Shown: piece after piece, positions 27,069 to 38,105 of the stretch
How positions within the stretch are numbered: the stretch's first letter is position 1
Layout: each line of letters opens with the position of its first letter
Source of the DNA: an uncultured Methanosarcinales archaeon
Lineage (GTDB): Archaea; Nanobdellota; Nanobdellia; Woesearchaeales; JACPIF01
Reading direction: 5' to 3'
Length of the DNA: 64,000 nt
NCBI GenBank assembly: GCA_964602245.1
Contig: CAZRPY010000001.1
Location: forward strand, 152,246-216,245
Translations under genes and position numbers: made by a program
The notes under the pieces: generated by a model
What the model was told of the DNA's origin: nothing
Database searches by the model: none
The model's input: only the letters and a program-made list of their open reading frames with translations

Positions 27069-29090
27069 ATGGAAGGAGTGCAATATACTAGGCAATTTTA
27101 TCAGTTCTTTGAGGATAATTATCATGCTGAAATATTAGAAAGGGCTAGAAAAGGAGAGAATTTCTTACAGGTTGATTTTACAAAGCTTGTTGAGTTTGAA
27201 CCTGAGATTGCTGAGGATCTTCTAGAAAATCCTGAAGAGGTGATAAGAAATGCTGAGCTAGCTCTTCAAGAATTTGACATAGAAAATAAGCCTAAGTTTA
27301 GGATTAGGTTTTTTAATCTTCCTGCAAGCCAGAAAATCATGATTGGAAATATTAGAAGTGAGCACATAGGAAAGTTTCTCATTATGGAGGGGATTGTAAG
27401 GCAGAAGTCTGATGTAAGGCCACAGGTAATAGCTGCTAGATTTGAATGTCCTTCTTGTGGCAATGTGATACCTATGTTACAGCTGGAAAATGCTTTAAGA
27501 GAGCCGTCAAAATGCAGTTGTGGCAGAAAAGGGAAGTTTGTATTGATAGATAAAGAGCTTGTGGATGCGCAGAAAATTGTTATGGAAGAGGCTCATGAAA
27601 GCTTAGAAGGAGGAGAGCAGCCTAGGAGGATAAGTATATTCCTAAAAGATGATTTAGTAAGCCCAATAAGCGAGAAAAAGACTGCTCCAGGGAATAAAGT
27701 TAGAGTAATAGGGATAATAAAAGAGGTGCCTATAACTCTTAACAGTGCTGGAACAAAATCTGTTAGATTTGATTTGCAGATGGAGGCAAATAATTGTGAG
27801 CCTATTGATGAAACATTCTACGATTTAGTTATAACAGAGGAAGAAGAGGAAATTATTAAGAAACTGGCTGAAGATCCAAGAATATTAAGCAAGCTTTCTG
27901 CTAGTATTGCTCCATCTGTTTTTGGGTATGAGAAGATTAAAGAGGCTTTGGTATTGCAAATGATGGGAGGAGTGCATAAAACAAGCAAAGATGGTACTTT
28001 GAAAAGAGGGGACATACATATGCTTTTAGTTGGAGATCCTGGAGCTGGAAAATCAATGATGCTTAAAAGAGTTAACCAGGTTGCTCCTAAAAGCAGGTAT
28101 ATAAGTGGCAAGGGGGTTTCTGCTGCTGGACTGACAGCTTCTGTTGTTAAAGACGAGTTCTTAAGAGGATGGAGCTTAGAGGCAGGAGCTATGGTTTTAG
28201 CTTCTAATGGCCTATGCTGCATCGATGAGCTAGATAAGATGAGTAGGGAAGATACTAGTGCAATGCATGAAGCTCTTGAAAACCAGACCGTTAGTATAAG
28301 CAAGGCAAATATTCAAGCTACTTTAGTTGCTAAGACTACTGTATTAGCTGCAGCTAACCCTAAGCTTGGGAGGTTTGATCAATATGGAATAATTGCTGAC
28401 CAGATTGACCTGTCTCCTGCTTTAATTAACAGATTTGATCTAATATTTCCTATTAAAGATCTTCCAAATAAAGATGCTGATGAGCAAATGGCTACTCATA
28501 TACTTAATCTGCACCATTCGCCAGAAAAGGTTGAACAAGAAATATCTACTAAGCTTTTAAAGAAATATTTTGCATATGCAAAGCAAAAAATTAATCCTAG
28601 GCTGACTGAAGGGGCAATGGAAGAAATGAAATCTTATTACTTAAAAATGAGATTAAGTGGAGGTGGTGAAGAGGGGATTAGAACTATACCTATATCTGCA
28701 AGACAGCTTGATGCACTTATCAGGCTTGCTGAGGCTTCAGCCAGAGTAAGGCTTTCTGATAAAGTAACGAGGAGGGATTCGAAAAAGGCAATAGAATTAT
28801 TAGAATATTGCTTGATGCAGGTTGGATTTGATAGAGAAACTGGAAAAATAGATATTGATAGGATTGCTACGGGTGTTGGGGCATCCCAAAGAAGCAATAT
28901 AATAACAATAAAAGAGATTATGGATGAGCTGGAAACTAGGTTTGGAAAGCAAATACCTATAAACGAGATTATGGATTATGCAAAAGATAAAGGATTAGAT
29001 GATTCTAAGACTGAAGAGATTATTGATAAATTAAAAAGATCCGGAGATGTTTTTGAGCCGAAAAGAGGCTATTTACAGAAAATAGGTTGA
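27069..29090 (+). CDS. mcm: MCM replicative helicase
   Basis: Zn finger CPSC..CSC, Walker A GDPGAGKS, CIDELDKM, AAANP, arginine finger NRFD, C-terminal winged helix. Confidence 0.98.
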   Translation: MEGVQYTRQFYQFFEDNYHAEILERARKGENFLQVDFTKLVEFEPEIAEDLLENPEEVIRNAELALQEFDIENKPKFRIRFFNLPASQKIMIGNIRSEHIGKFLIMEGIVRQKSDVRPQVIAARFECPSCGNVIPMLQLENALREPSKCSCGRKGKFVLIDKELVDAQKIVMEEAHESLEGGEQPRRISIFLKDDLVSPISEKKTAPGNKVRVIGIIKEVPITLNSAGTKSVRFDLQMEANNCEPIDETFYDLVITEEEEEIIKKLAEDPRILSKLSASIAPSVFGYEKIKEALVLQMMGGVHKTSKDGTLKRGDIHMLLVGDPGAGKSMMLKRVNQVAPKSRYISGKGVSAAGLTASVVKDEFLRGWSLEAGAMVLASNGLCCIDELDKMSREDTSAMHEALENQTVSISKANIQATLVAKTTVLAAANPKLGRFDQYGIIADQIDLSPALINRFDLIFPIKDLPNKDADEQMATHILNLHHSPEKVEQEISTKLLKKYFAYAKQKINPRLTEGAMEEMKSYYLKMRLSGGGEEGIRTIPISARQLDALIRLAEASARVRLSDKVTRRDSKKAIELLEYCLMQVGFDRETGKIDIDRIATGVGASQRSNIITIKEIMDELETRFGKQIPINEIMDYAKDKGLDDSKTEEIIDKLKRSGDVFEPKRGYLQKIG

Positions 29091-29091
29091 A

Positions 29092-29691
29092 ATGGCAAAT
29101 AGCTTGAAAAGAGCAACTGCTTATAAGCTTTGTATTAAAGATATAATTGATGGCTCTTATGTAAGATCTGAGCAGAATCCTAGTTATTTGCTGACAAAGG
29201 ATGGCAGGAAAGTTTCTAGAGTGAATTTAATAGCAGTGCTATTGGAAAAGGTTGAAGATAGCTTATGGATTTTAGAAGATGAAAGCGGAAGGGTAACTGT
29301 CAGATCGTTTAATGAGATGCCTTCTGAGTTTATTAATGGTGATGTTGTATTAGTAATTGGAAATCCTAGAGAATTTGGTGGAGAAAAATATTTAATTCCT
29401 GAGATTATAAAGAGATTAAGTTATAGTTGGCTTAAGCTAAGGAGCATAGAGATTGGACAAAATATTAGGGAGGTTTATCAGGAAGAAGCTGCTAGCATAG
29501 TAAATGATGAAAAATTAAGTTTTTCTAATGAGGTTTATGATATGATAAAGAGCTATGATAAAGGTGAAGGTGTTGATTTTTCTATTTTAGTTGAAAAGTT
29601 TGGCAATAAAAGCGAGAATATTATTTCTAAGTTACTAGAGCAAGGAGAGATATTTGAGGTAAAGCCTGGAAGGTTGAAGGTGCTGGAGTAG
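29092..29691 (+). CDS. RPA32-like OB-fold protein with C-terminal winged helix
   Basis: RVNLIAV..LEDESG OB fold; GEIFEVKPG winged-helix end. Confidence 0.75.
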   Translation: MANSLKRATAYKLCIKDIIDGSYVRSEQNPSYLLTKDGRKVSRVNLIAVLLEKVEDSLWILEDESGRVTVRSFNEMPSEFINGDVVLVIGNPREFGGEKYLIPEIIKRLSYSWLKLRSIEIGQNIREVYQEEAASIVNDEKLSFSNEVYDMIKSYDKGEGVDFSILVEKFGNKSENIISKLLEQGEIFEVKPGRLKVLE

Positions 29692-29892
29692 AGATGTAAA
29701 GTTTATTATGGTCAAAATTCTCTGCCAGGGAGTATATGCCGACCTTCGTCTGCTAGAAAATCTTCATAGAAATTTCTTCCTGTTTTATACTACAACTTGA
29801 TAAAGAGCATGAACTCACTATGCGAACTTGTGCCATCTGTTCACTAATCATACACATGGTATTCTATTATTAAAAATTGCTTTATTATTCAA

Positions 29893-30756
29893 TCAAAACA
29901 ACTTAGGAGTTATATAAACCTCAACAAAGGCTGCTATTACTAGGATGGCAAAGGCTATTACTAATAAGTCTAATGTGTCTATTAATATTTTTTCAAAGTT
30001 CTTAGAGTAGATGTCTTTTCGGATAATTGCCATGGAAACTATACCTCCAGCTAAGCCAGCAATAAAATATGCTGCTATTTCTAATAAGCCATGAGTGAAG
30101 TAGCGCATGATGCCAAAAGAGGCAGCTTGCATGTAGGCAGATAAAGAGACCATGCCAATTGTTGAGGCTGCATGTGAGATTTGGTTTTTGATAAGATTGC
30201 CAATAGCAACACCTATAACTGAGGCATTCCATGTTAAGATGAAGATTGCTCCTATGCCATAGATTAGTGCAAAGATTAAGGTAAATATCAGCACCTTGAT
30301 ATTATTAGAAAGAATTTTCATCATTATTCCAAAATGAGAAACTACATTGCCTGTTGCTTTTGCAGCTATTTGTGAATTTATATCTGTTATTGTTTGTTGT
30401 TGTATGCCAAATAAGCTTTGATTGTATTTTTCTGGCATTACTATATACCAAAATGTAATGGCTAAGCTTATTCCTATGAAAAGAAATATTAAGAAATTAA
30501 TGGCTTTCCAATGCTCTTTTAGAAGGCTAAGCTCACTGCTTATTAAAATGTCTTTTTTTTCTTCATATTTTATTGTGAAGTAAAACAGAGGTGATAAAGC
30601 TAAAACTGTTAGGAATACGGTCACTAAGCTTGCATACCTCTCAAAAACCCATAAAGATAATAGTAAGGCTACAGAACAATAAAAGAAGCCTATAAATAAT
30701 AGCTCCCATGGCTTTTTCTCTGCCTTAACAGGATTTATTAGAGATTCTATAACCAT
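29893..30756 (-). CDS. Stage II sporulation protein M (SpoIIM/DUF95)-like membrane protein
   Basis: ILSNN, WNASVIG, HGLLEIAAY and AAFVEVYITP motifs. Confidence 0.8.
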   Translation of the reverse strand: MVIESLINPVKAEKKPWELLFIGFFYCSVALLLSLWVFERYASLVTVFLTVLALSPLFYFTIKYEEKKDILISSELSLLKEHWKAINFLIFLFIGISLAITFWYIVMPEKYNQSLFGIQQQTITDINSQIAAKATGNVVSHFGIMMKILSNNIKVLIFTLIFALIYGIGAIFILTWNASVIGVAIGNLIKNQISHAASTIGMVSLSAYMQAASFGIMRYFTHGLLEIAAYFIAGLAGGIVSMAIIRKDIYSKNFEKILIDTLDLLVIAFAILVIAAFVEVYITPKLF

Positions 30757-30856
30757 AATGGTATTTTTTAGATTTATATTTATATACTTTGTTAAAATTA
30801 ATGTTTAGTTAGTAACTTTCATTAGGTTTATATACTGCTATAAATTTTTGGCTTCT

Positions 30857-31264
30857 ATGGATTATGAGGAAATGCTAGATATTGGAAAGAATCAATTGCC
30901 TGAGGGAATATTAGCTAAAGAAAGGTTTGAAGTACCTAAAGTTATAGGGCATATACAGGGAAATAAGACTATGATAAGCAATTTTAACCAAATTGCTGCC
31001 ACACTAAATAGAGAGATAGAGCATCTTTTAAAATTTATCTTGAGGGAATTAGCTACTCCTGGAGAGATTGTAAATAACTTATTGATATTAGGAACTAAGA
31101 TAAGTGCTTCTAGAATAAATGAAAAGATTAGAGAGTATGCAGAGAACTATGTGATATGCCAAGAATGTGGCAAGCCAGATACTAGGATTTTAAAAGAGGG
31201 AAATGTTATTTTCCTTAGATGCCAGGCATGTGGCAGCAAGCATCATATTAAAAAGGCTATTTAA
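30857..31264 (+). CDS. eif2b: Translation initiation factor aIF-2 beta
   Basis: ERFEVP, ELAT, and CQECGKPDT..CQACG Zn ribbon. Confidence 0.95.
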   Translation: MDYEEMLDIGKNQLPEGILAKERFEVPKVIGHIQGNKTMISNFNQIAATLNREIEHLLKFILRELATPGEIVNNLLILGTKISASRINEKIREYAENYVICQECGKPDTRILKEGNVIFLRCQACGSKHHIKKAI

Positions 31265-31269
31265 TACAA

Positions 31270-31566
31270 ATGAGTGTAAAAATACATAATGTAAGTGGTA
31301 AGAAAATACTAGCTATATGCAATAAAAAAATTTTGGGAAAGGTATATATGGATAAGGGTTTGCAACTAGACCTTTCCTCATCCTTTTATAGTGGAACTGA
31401 AATTTCTGAGAATGAAATAATTCAACTAATGAAGGGAATCTATACTATAAATGCTGTAGGAAGCAAATCAATAGATTTTTTAATTAGAATTAGAGCAATT
31501 TCTAAAGAAAATGTTAGAATTATAAAAAAAAACACCTTATGCCTTTGCTATTCTAGAATAAATTAG
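31270..31566 (+). CDS. DUF424-family protein (possible frameshift in terminal poly-A)
   Basis: LAIC..ILGK...FYSG...NAVG..I pattern; typical neighbour of aIF-2 beta. Confidence 0.75.
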   Translation: MSVKIHNVSGKKILAICNKKILGKVYMDKGLQLDLSSSFYSGTEISENEIIQLMKGIYTINAVGSKSIDFLIRIRAISKENVRIIKKNTLCLCYSRIN

Positions 31567-34500
31567 TTTATCCATGCTTTTAGAGCTGCCTGCTTATCAC
31601 CAAACCTGCCAAAAACTCCTTCTATCCTTCTTTTTGTAACCTCGAGGCTTCTCTTTAAGTATAGAGGTGCATCATACTTATTCGCCAGATTAATAGAAGA
31701 TTCTAAGTATTTTATTACAGAGCCTTCTGAAACTGTGAAAGTAATCTTGCCACCGCATTCGTCGCATTTTCCATGAAGGCTTGGCCTCCTAAATTTTGTA
31801 TTGCATTTTGTGCACCTAAATTCCTGAGTTGAAAATTTCCTTAGATTACCTTTAATATCTTTTAGAAAATGCTTTTCTATAACTAATTTTGCAACATCTG
31901 ATGCATCAACAGCTCTTATCTTTTCTGCTAACTCCATCTGACCACGAAGCTTTTCTTCCATAGAAGGGATTGTCTTATAAGCAGAGCATAATACTCCAGA
32001 ATTAATATCAGTAGTTTCGTGAGTGTAGCCAAGCCCTTCATATTGCTTTTGAGTGTTTATTCTATCTCCTAGTTTTTCAATTGTGAAATCTTGCTTTTCT
32101 AAGAAAGATTTATAGAATTCTAGAGGGTATTGCCAGACAACATCTAAGTCAAACACCATATCATCAACTTCTGCTGGATTTAGCATTGAAGTCATTACTA
32201 AGCAGGCATCTTGAGCTGAGCCTCTATGATTAGGCAAATATTGTCTTGAAAAGTTTAATAATGCGTCCATAAGCAAGATAATTGAACTCTCATCCCCGTC
32301 TAAGTCTCTCCTCATTGCAGCGTGAAACATTGGATGAGCAAAAAATCCTTGGGTCTTACTAAATCCGATTATTCTGCCGATGATTGCTGCTGATGTGTGA
32401 GGGGCTATGCCTAAAACTAAATGTCCTATAATGTCATCTTCTTTTTTAAAGTTATAGAATTTAGGCATAGAGTATAAGGTTTCTAGTAAATCATCTATAA
32501 AGTTGGCTATCCTCATCAAGACTTTGCCAGCGCCTTCATTAGTTGATTCATAGCCAGAAGGGAGAATAATATCTTGAGGCTTTATCTCTACTATTTGGCT
32601 ATCAGAAACTAATTCTTTGTTATGGATATCTTTAGTATAGCCTAACTCTTTTGTTTTCCCAACTGTCAAGCCTATTTCTCTTGGCTTGAAATGTGTTATA
32701 CCAAGTTGAGTCATGTCATATCTTATTGTGCCATCTTTATTTACACTAAGATCATATTTGGCTCTCAGGATTCCTTTGACTAAATTTTCTGCTATATGAT
32801 CTTTATTAGATGTTCCTCTAACGCCTCGCAAGTTTTCTGGCACTATTTTAATGTTGGCTTTTGGAGCAAATGAATTATAGATAGCTTTAATATCAACTTT
32901 CCTATTAATGAAAGAGCTTGCTTTTCCATGGGAACATTCTTGACTATTAATATAGCCACAAATTTTGCAATAATACCTTAATATGCATTTGTCTTTACAT
33001 TGATAGCATAAATTGTATACATTGTCTAAAGAGCATTTTATACAATAAAAGTTCGGGAAATCGGATTTTACATGACCTATTTCTAAAGCTTGCTGGAAGC
33101 TTCTAAGCCTGCCGCCTTCCACACCTATAGGGAATAAAACAGAAGGAGAGCCTGTCAGCTTTCTTAGCTTTGCTTTCTCGGGCCTACCCATTCTTGCACC
33201 TATAAAGATTCCTGCTTTATCCTTTATTTTTATATTGGTTACTCTTTCTAGGATAGATAGGATATCCTCTTTATCTTCTAAATTTGTTTGCACATTATTA
33301 TCTAGAAAAACAAAATCTAAGCATTTTGCTACTTCTCCTTCTATAACTACAAATTCATTTTGAGCAAGTAAGTTGGGTATTCCCAATATTTCTAGGAGTC
33401 TTTTCTTTCCTTGGCTATTTGGAAGAATTATTTTTTTAACAACGCCTTGCTCTTCTTTAATAGTTACTGCTTCGTCAAACCATTCTTTTAAAGACAAAAG
33501 TTCAGCTGGTGTAATAGAGGTCCAATAAAAGGTATATTCTGGATGTAAAGGAATATTTAATTTTTGACTAATGACTAAAGATTCGTTAAAAGAAGGAGTA
33601 AAATTAAATGGTTGTTGGAAGAGAGTTTTTAATCTACTTTCATTTATACTAACATAATTTGCACATTTTGGATAATCATTATTAAAATTCAGTTTTATGG
33701 ATTCTTCAAGCTCAAGAGCCCACCATTCCTCACAATAACCTGGTTGAACTAAAGGATGACCTCTATTAACAAAATCTCCATAATTGATAAGGATGTCTCC
33801 TAAATAGAGAATTTCTTTTACATCTTTTGCAATTCTTTTTGCCTCTTGCTCTTCTTTGATTTTAATCACATTACCGTTATTTAATAATACGATTGGGCCT
33901 TCAATATAGTCACATGGCGTTAGTGTTGTGGCTTTCCCTGGTCTTTCAAGTTTAAGTTGGGTTCCAGTTGCTAGATACTTGTCTGATATATACATTGTTG
34001 CTGGATGAATTGTATATGAAGAAAAACCTGAGGTTCTTGTTCTACCATATCTAAGTCTAAAGCCTCCATATCTCATTGGATAAGTTAGAATTGGTCTGCC
34101 AGCTATTAAATCACTCATATATGTATAATCTGGACCTATTTTCTTTTCATCTTGGGTGACCTTGCCTTTTGATTTTATCTCTCTTTGTAAAGAAATAAAT
34201 TTTTCAAGAAATTCCCAATGATCTAACCCATAATCCTTTGCCCATTTGGAGAGCTGTTTCCATAACTTAACAGCTTTTTGGGCAATGCATTCTCCAATAA
34301 CTAGGCAAGGACCATTTCTAATTTTATTAGTTTCAATCCTATCTAAAAATTTATAATTAGAAACTTCTAAATCTTCAGATGGCTCCCCATCAATTTGAAG
34401 AGGAATATTCTTTACTAAGAATTCAATCTCTTTTTCGCTGGGAAGATATTGTAAGTTGGTAACTTTTTCATGATAATCAAACATTTCAATTACGGTTCTT

Positions 34501-35069
34501 TTTATTTCTTCTGTTGAAGCGTCATAAGTGTCATATCCCATTTTTTTCCTTACATAATCTGCAATTAAGACAGAGACAGAGGCGCCGGTACCTCCCGCAC
34601 TTCTTATAGGTCCTGAGTACAATATTGCTAAGTATTCTTTTCCATCTTTTCTTTTTCTAACTTTTAAATTTGTAAAACCTTCTAGAGGAGAAGACACTGT
34701 CCCTAATGTATGATACGCAAAACCAACTCTTATACCAGTTTCAATTGCTTCTATTTTATTGCTAAACTTGCAAAACTTTTCTTGAGCTATTTCAAGAGCT
34801 ATAATTAGCGAAATTCTCCAATCTAAGACACCGTAATTTTTTTCAAGTTCTCTTAGCCTTTTTGGGATACCTACACCTTTTATTTGAGGGCTTATGGCTG
34901 AAACAAGTCCTTCTACTCTTTCTGCCATGTCTATTGCTAGCGGTATATCTACATGATCATCTGGATCGTATCCTTTCTTTCTGGCTTGCTCAGCTATGTC
35001 ATAAACTTGTTTTGTCTTTTTCCCTATTTCTTCAAGATATTTCTTAATTTCTTGGCTTGCTTCTACCAT
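31563..35069 (-). CDS. polC: DNA polymerase D large subunit DP2
   Basis: GPIRSAGGT, GGFRLRYGR, GARMGRPEKA, catalytic RRDLDGDE, C-terminal Zn finger. Confidence 0.98.
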   Translation of the reverse strand: MVEASQEIKKYLEEIGKKTKQVYDIAEQARKKGYDPDDHVDIPLAIDMAERVEGLVSAISPQIKGVGIPKRLRELEKNYGVLDWRISLIIALEIAQEKFCKFSNKIEAIETGIRVGFAYHTLGTVSSPLEGFTNLKVRKRKDGKEYLAILYSGPIRSAGGTGASVSVLIADYVRKKMGYDTYDASTEEIKRTVIEMFDYHEKVTNLQYLPSEKEIEFLVKNIPLQIDGEPSEDLEVSNYKFLDRIETNKIRNGPCLVIGECIAQKAVKLWKQLSKWAKDYGLDHWEFLEKFISLQREIKSKGKVTQDEKKIGPDYTYMSDLIAGRPILTYPMRYGGFRLRYGRTRTSGFSSYTIHPATMYISDKYLATGTQLKLERPGKATTLTPCDYIEGPIVLLNNGNVIKIKEEQEAKRIAKDVKEILYLGDILINYGDFVNRGHPLVQPGYCEEWWALELEESIKLNFNNDYPKCANYVSINESRLKTLFQQPFNFTPSFNESLVISQKLNIPLHPEYTFYWTSITPAELLSLKEWFDEAVTIKEEQGVVKKIILPNSQGKKRLLEILGIPNLLAQNEFVVIEGEVAKCLDFVFLDNNVQTNLEDKEDILSILERVTNIKIKDKAGIFIGARMGRPEKAKLRKLTGSPSVLFPIGVEGGRLRSFQQALEIGHVKSDFPNFYCIKCSLDNVYNLCYQCKDKCILRYYCKICGYINSQECSHGKASSFINRKVDIKAIYNSFAPKANIKIVPENLRGVRGTSNKDHIAENLVKGILRAKYDLSVNKDGTIRYDMTQLGITHFKPREIGLTVGKTKELGYTKDIHNKELVSDSQIVEIKPQDIILPSGYESTNEGAGKVLMRIANFIDDLLETLYSMPKFYNFKKEDDIIGHLVLGIAPHTSAAIIGRIIGFSKTQGFFAHPMFHAAMRRDLDGDESSIILLMDALLNFSRQYLPNHRGSAQDACLVMTSMLNPAEVDDMVFDLDVVWQYPLEFYKSFLEKQDFTIEKLGDRINTQKQYEGLGYTHETTDINSGVLCSAYKTIPSMEEKLRGQMELAEKIRAVDASDVAKLVIEKHFLKDIKGNLRKFSTQEFRCTKCNTKFRRPSLHGKCDECGGKITFTVSEGSVIKYLESSINLANKYDAPLYLKRSLEVTKRRIEGVFGRFGDKQAALKAWIN

Positions 35070-35072
35070 TTT

Positions 35073-36650
35073 TTAAAACCTCAAAATCTTAATTTCTCTG
35101 GTTTGAAGATTAAGCATTGGAACTCTGCAAGGTTCAGGATTATGGCCAAGTTTTTCTTGGAATGGTGTCATATCCTGCCAGCATGAGCCACATATCATAG
35201 TTACATGCCTATAATTTTTTGCTGATACCCTGTGCAAATGGCCAGTAACAAAAATGTCAGGAACTTTTTCAATTACCAAGTAATCTTTTTCTGGATCTGG
35301 AAGAGATAATGTTGAGGAATATGTGGGGGCAAGGTGCCTTTTTTGAAGAATAAATTTCATTATAAGGTCTGGTCTATCATAGCCTCCATTATTTCTTATA
35401 GACTCAACATTTGCAATATAGTAGTCAAATGAGTATCCATGATAAATTAGGACATCAAATCCTGAAAAATTATTATTGGCTTCTATGTTGACTACTCCTG
35501 GGTTTGAGATTATTGTGATATTAGACAATTTCCATAAATCTTCTGCAAAATCTTTGTAGAACTCTGGCTGTGGCTCTGATATCCTCATAGCATCATGGTT
35601 GCCTGGAGAAATTATAATATTAATATGCTTTGGAATTCTAGCCAGTAATTTTGCGCATTCTTTGTATTGCTCATAGATATCTAGTATCTCTAACTCTCTT
35701 TCTTGGCCTGGATAGATACTACAACCATCAACAAGGTCACCTGCAATAAAGAGATACCTGATTTTTGAGATCAATTCGCGATGCTTTTCACTTTCTCCGT
35801 TGAGCCAATTTAAGAATTTCTCAAATTTGTCTCTTAGAAAAAGTGTTGAGCCTATATGTAAATCTGAAAGGAATAAGGAATAAACTTCATCTTGAGATTT
35901 CCTTAATTCTTTATTAATGGGTATGTCTGGCTCTATAATATTATTTGCAAAGACTATATTGGTACCTGTTACACCAACTACTCCTAAAACCTGGTCTAGT
36001 ACCGTGTCTTTTGCAACATCAAATATCTCTTTTCTATTTTTATTGACAAAAACTTTAATTGAGCCTGTAAGGTCTTCTATGATAAAACTTATACCTCCGC
36101 TCTTTGTGGTTTCTTTTAATTTAACCATGCCTATTATAGATACTTGTTCTTTATCCTTTTTACTGAATATTCTATTAATGGATACTGGATTTTGAAGCTC
36201 TTGTCTATTTTGTAAGATTTTTTTAATAGAGTTAAATCTGTTCGTAAAATATGAAACAAAATCTTGGGGTTCAATTGGTTTTAATTTTTTATTGTAGGAA
36301 AATACGATTTTAACTTTGTTTTCTATCTCTTGGTATTGCGGCTCTTGTAAAGGCTCTGTCAAGTGTATTAGAAATTTGTCATAAATATTTTTTCCTTTTC
36401 TTTTTTCTGCAAGTGCTCTTATCCTTTCTAAATCAAGCCAATTTAATTCTTCTAATTTCTCTTTATTTTTGGTAAGTATTTTTTCGAAATCTTTGTTGAG
36501 AACTAGTAAGGTGCTTGATTCTTTGTTTTCAATAATTTCTTTCATAGAAGTTAAATCTATTTCGTTTTCTAGTATTTCTGGATTTATTAATATGTTTTTA
36601 TTGAGAAAATAGTTAATTAGCTCTTTTTTCCTTGATTTTTTGTCTTCCAT
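35073..36650 (-). CDS. polB: DNA polymerase D small subunit DP1 (proofreading exonuclease)
   Basis: SDLHIGS, AGDLVDG, PGNHD, YHG, RHLAP, GHLH. Confidence 0.96.
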   Translation of the reverse strand: MEDKKSRKKELINYFLNKNILINPEILENEIDLTSMKEIIENKESSTLLVLNKDFEKILTKNKEKLEELNWLDLERIRALAEKRKGKNIYDKFLIHLTEPLQEPQYQEIENKVKIVFSYNKKLKPIEPQDFVSYFTNRFNSIKKILQNRQELQNPVSINRIFSKKDKEQVSIIGMVKLKETTKSGGISFIIEDLTGSIKVFVNKNRKEIFDVAKDTVLDQVLGVVGVTGTNIVFANNIIEPDIPINKELRKSQDEVYSLFLSDLHIGSTLFLRDKFEKFLNWLNGESEKHRELISKIRYLFIAGDLVDGCSIYPGQERELEILDIYEQYKECAKLLARIPKHINIIISPGNHDAMRISEPQPEFYKDFAEDLWKLSNITIISNPGVVNIEANNNFSGFDVLIYHGYSFDYYIANVESIRNNGGYDRPDLIMKFILQKRHLAPTYSSTLSLPDPEKDYLVIEKVPDIFVTGHLHRVSAKNYRHVTMICGSCWQDMTPFQEKLGHNPEPCRVPMLNLQTREIKILRF

Positions 36651-36679
36651 TTTAGATAAGAAAGATTATTCTTGTTTTA

Positions 36680-37891
36680 TCAAGTTAAGTCTAACCCTTC
36701 CTCTAATATTTGTTTTATCTTTATGTTTAAATGTTCTTGTGTGGTGAGTTGGATTTCTCTTGTCCTACCGTGCCTGCCTTTTGATATTACTTTGCCATTT
36801 ATAATTCCTTGCATGTCCAGTTCTGCAAGTATATCTGAAATTCTTCTTTGGGTTAGGGGCCTTAGACCTATCTGACTGCATAATTTCTTGTAAAACTCAT
36901 AAACCTCCCCAGTTAAAATTGCTTCATTTTGTGACTTTAATAGCCTAAATATTGAGTAAATAACACATTGATATTGCTTAGGCTGAGTTGAAATTATTTC
37001 TATTATATAGTCTCTTTCTATCTTTTCCTCTGCATTATCTATATGTTCAATTTTTACAGTGGTATTACCATTTCTATCTGCAATCTCCCCTGCAACCCTT
37101 AATAGCTCTATAGCTCTTCTTGCATCACCATGGTCACGAGCAGCATAGGCTGAACATTTTTCTATTACACCGTAATCTAAAGCCCCTTCCCTAAAGGATT
37201 GCTTAACTCTTTGCTCTAGAATATCCTTAATTTGTAAGGCGTTGTAAGGGGGGAATATTAGGCCCTCTTCTGATAAAGAGCTTCTAACTCTTGGGTCTAT
37301 ATTGTCTAGGAATTTTGTGTCATTGGAAATACCGATTAAGGCTACCTGAGCTTTTTTTAACTCTTCGTTGATCCTTGTTAAATTATAGAGTATATCATCT
37401 TCTGTTCTTTTAATAAGATAATCTATCTCGTCAAGGATAATTATTACTATTTGTTCCTTTTCTTCAATTCCAGAATAAAATATCTTGTAAACCTCTTCTG
37501 TTGGCAGCCCTGTAGAAGGAACAGCTTTGTTCAAGTCTCTTGCCAATTGGGCAATTAGCCTGTACTGTGTATCAGCTACCCTTTTAAGCTTACAGTTAAT
37601 GTAAAGTACTTTTAATGGTATTTTGTTGTTTAAAGATGCTTTTATAAGATGGTTTGTTACATGTTTTATGGTTACTGTTTTGCCAGTTCCTGTTTTACCA
37701 TATAAAAGAAGATTAGAAGGTTTTTCGAGTTTTAGGCTTGGGGCCAATATCTTACTGATTTGTTCTATTTGCTCATCTCGATGAAATATTTGTTCAGGAA
37801 TGTAGTTAAATTGTAGTACTCTTTTGTTAGTAAAAACGGATTGTATATTTATAAAATTCTCAAAAAATGTAGCTAAACCCCACTGAGTCAT
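36680..37891 (-). CDS. cdc6: Orc1/Cdc6 replication initiator
   Basis: GKTGTGKT, LDEID, FPPY, GDARRAI, winged helix with GRHGRT. Confidence 0.97.
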   Translation of the reverse strand: MTQWGLATFFENFINIQSVFTNKRVLQFNYIPEQIFHRDEQIEQISKILAPSLKLEKPSNLLLYGKTGTGKTVTIKHVTNHLIKASLNNKIPLKVLYINCKLKRVADTQYRLIAQLARDLNKAVPSTGLPTEEVYKIFYSGIEEKEQIVIIILDEIDYLIKRTEDDILYNLTRINEELKKAQVALIGISNDTKFLDNIDPRVRSSLSEEGLIFPPYNALQIKDILEQRVKQSFREGALDYGVIEKCSAYAARDHGDARRAIELLRVAGEIADRNGNTTVKIEHIDNAEEKIERDYIIEIISTQPKQYQCVIYSIFRLLKSQNEAILTGEVYEFYKKLCSQIGLRPLTQRRISDILAELDMQGIINGKVISKGRHGRTREIQLTTQEHLNIKIKQILEEGLDLT

Positions 37892-37895
37892 AAAT

Positions 37896-38105
37896 TTTCC
37901 AGAGGAAGGAACGGTATTTAAATATTTATATTATGAAGAAGACAATACCCCGTGGTTTCTTATGGAGTATTGGCTATTATCTTTGTAGACATATTATATA
38001 TATTTTATATTTATTTTCTATATGGATAATATATATCAGTAATAATAAACAGAAACGTGTTAAAGTATATTAACTAATAGTTAGAATTTCCACAAGAAGA
38101 GACCG
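37896..38105. other. Probable replication origin (oriC)
   Basis: Upstream of cdc6. ORB-like boxes: TTTCCAGAGGAA (37896), CTCCATAAGAAACCACGGGG on minus strand (37948-37967) and TTTCCACAAGAA (38087). Very AT-rich stretch at about 37990-38085. Confidence 0.65.

Noticed and set aside
27069..35069. Inteins in MCM or PolD DP2
   Set aside because: Both proteins are of normal length with contiguous motifs and no intein signatures.
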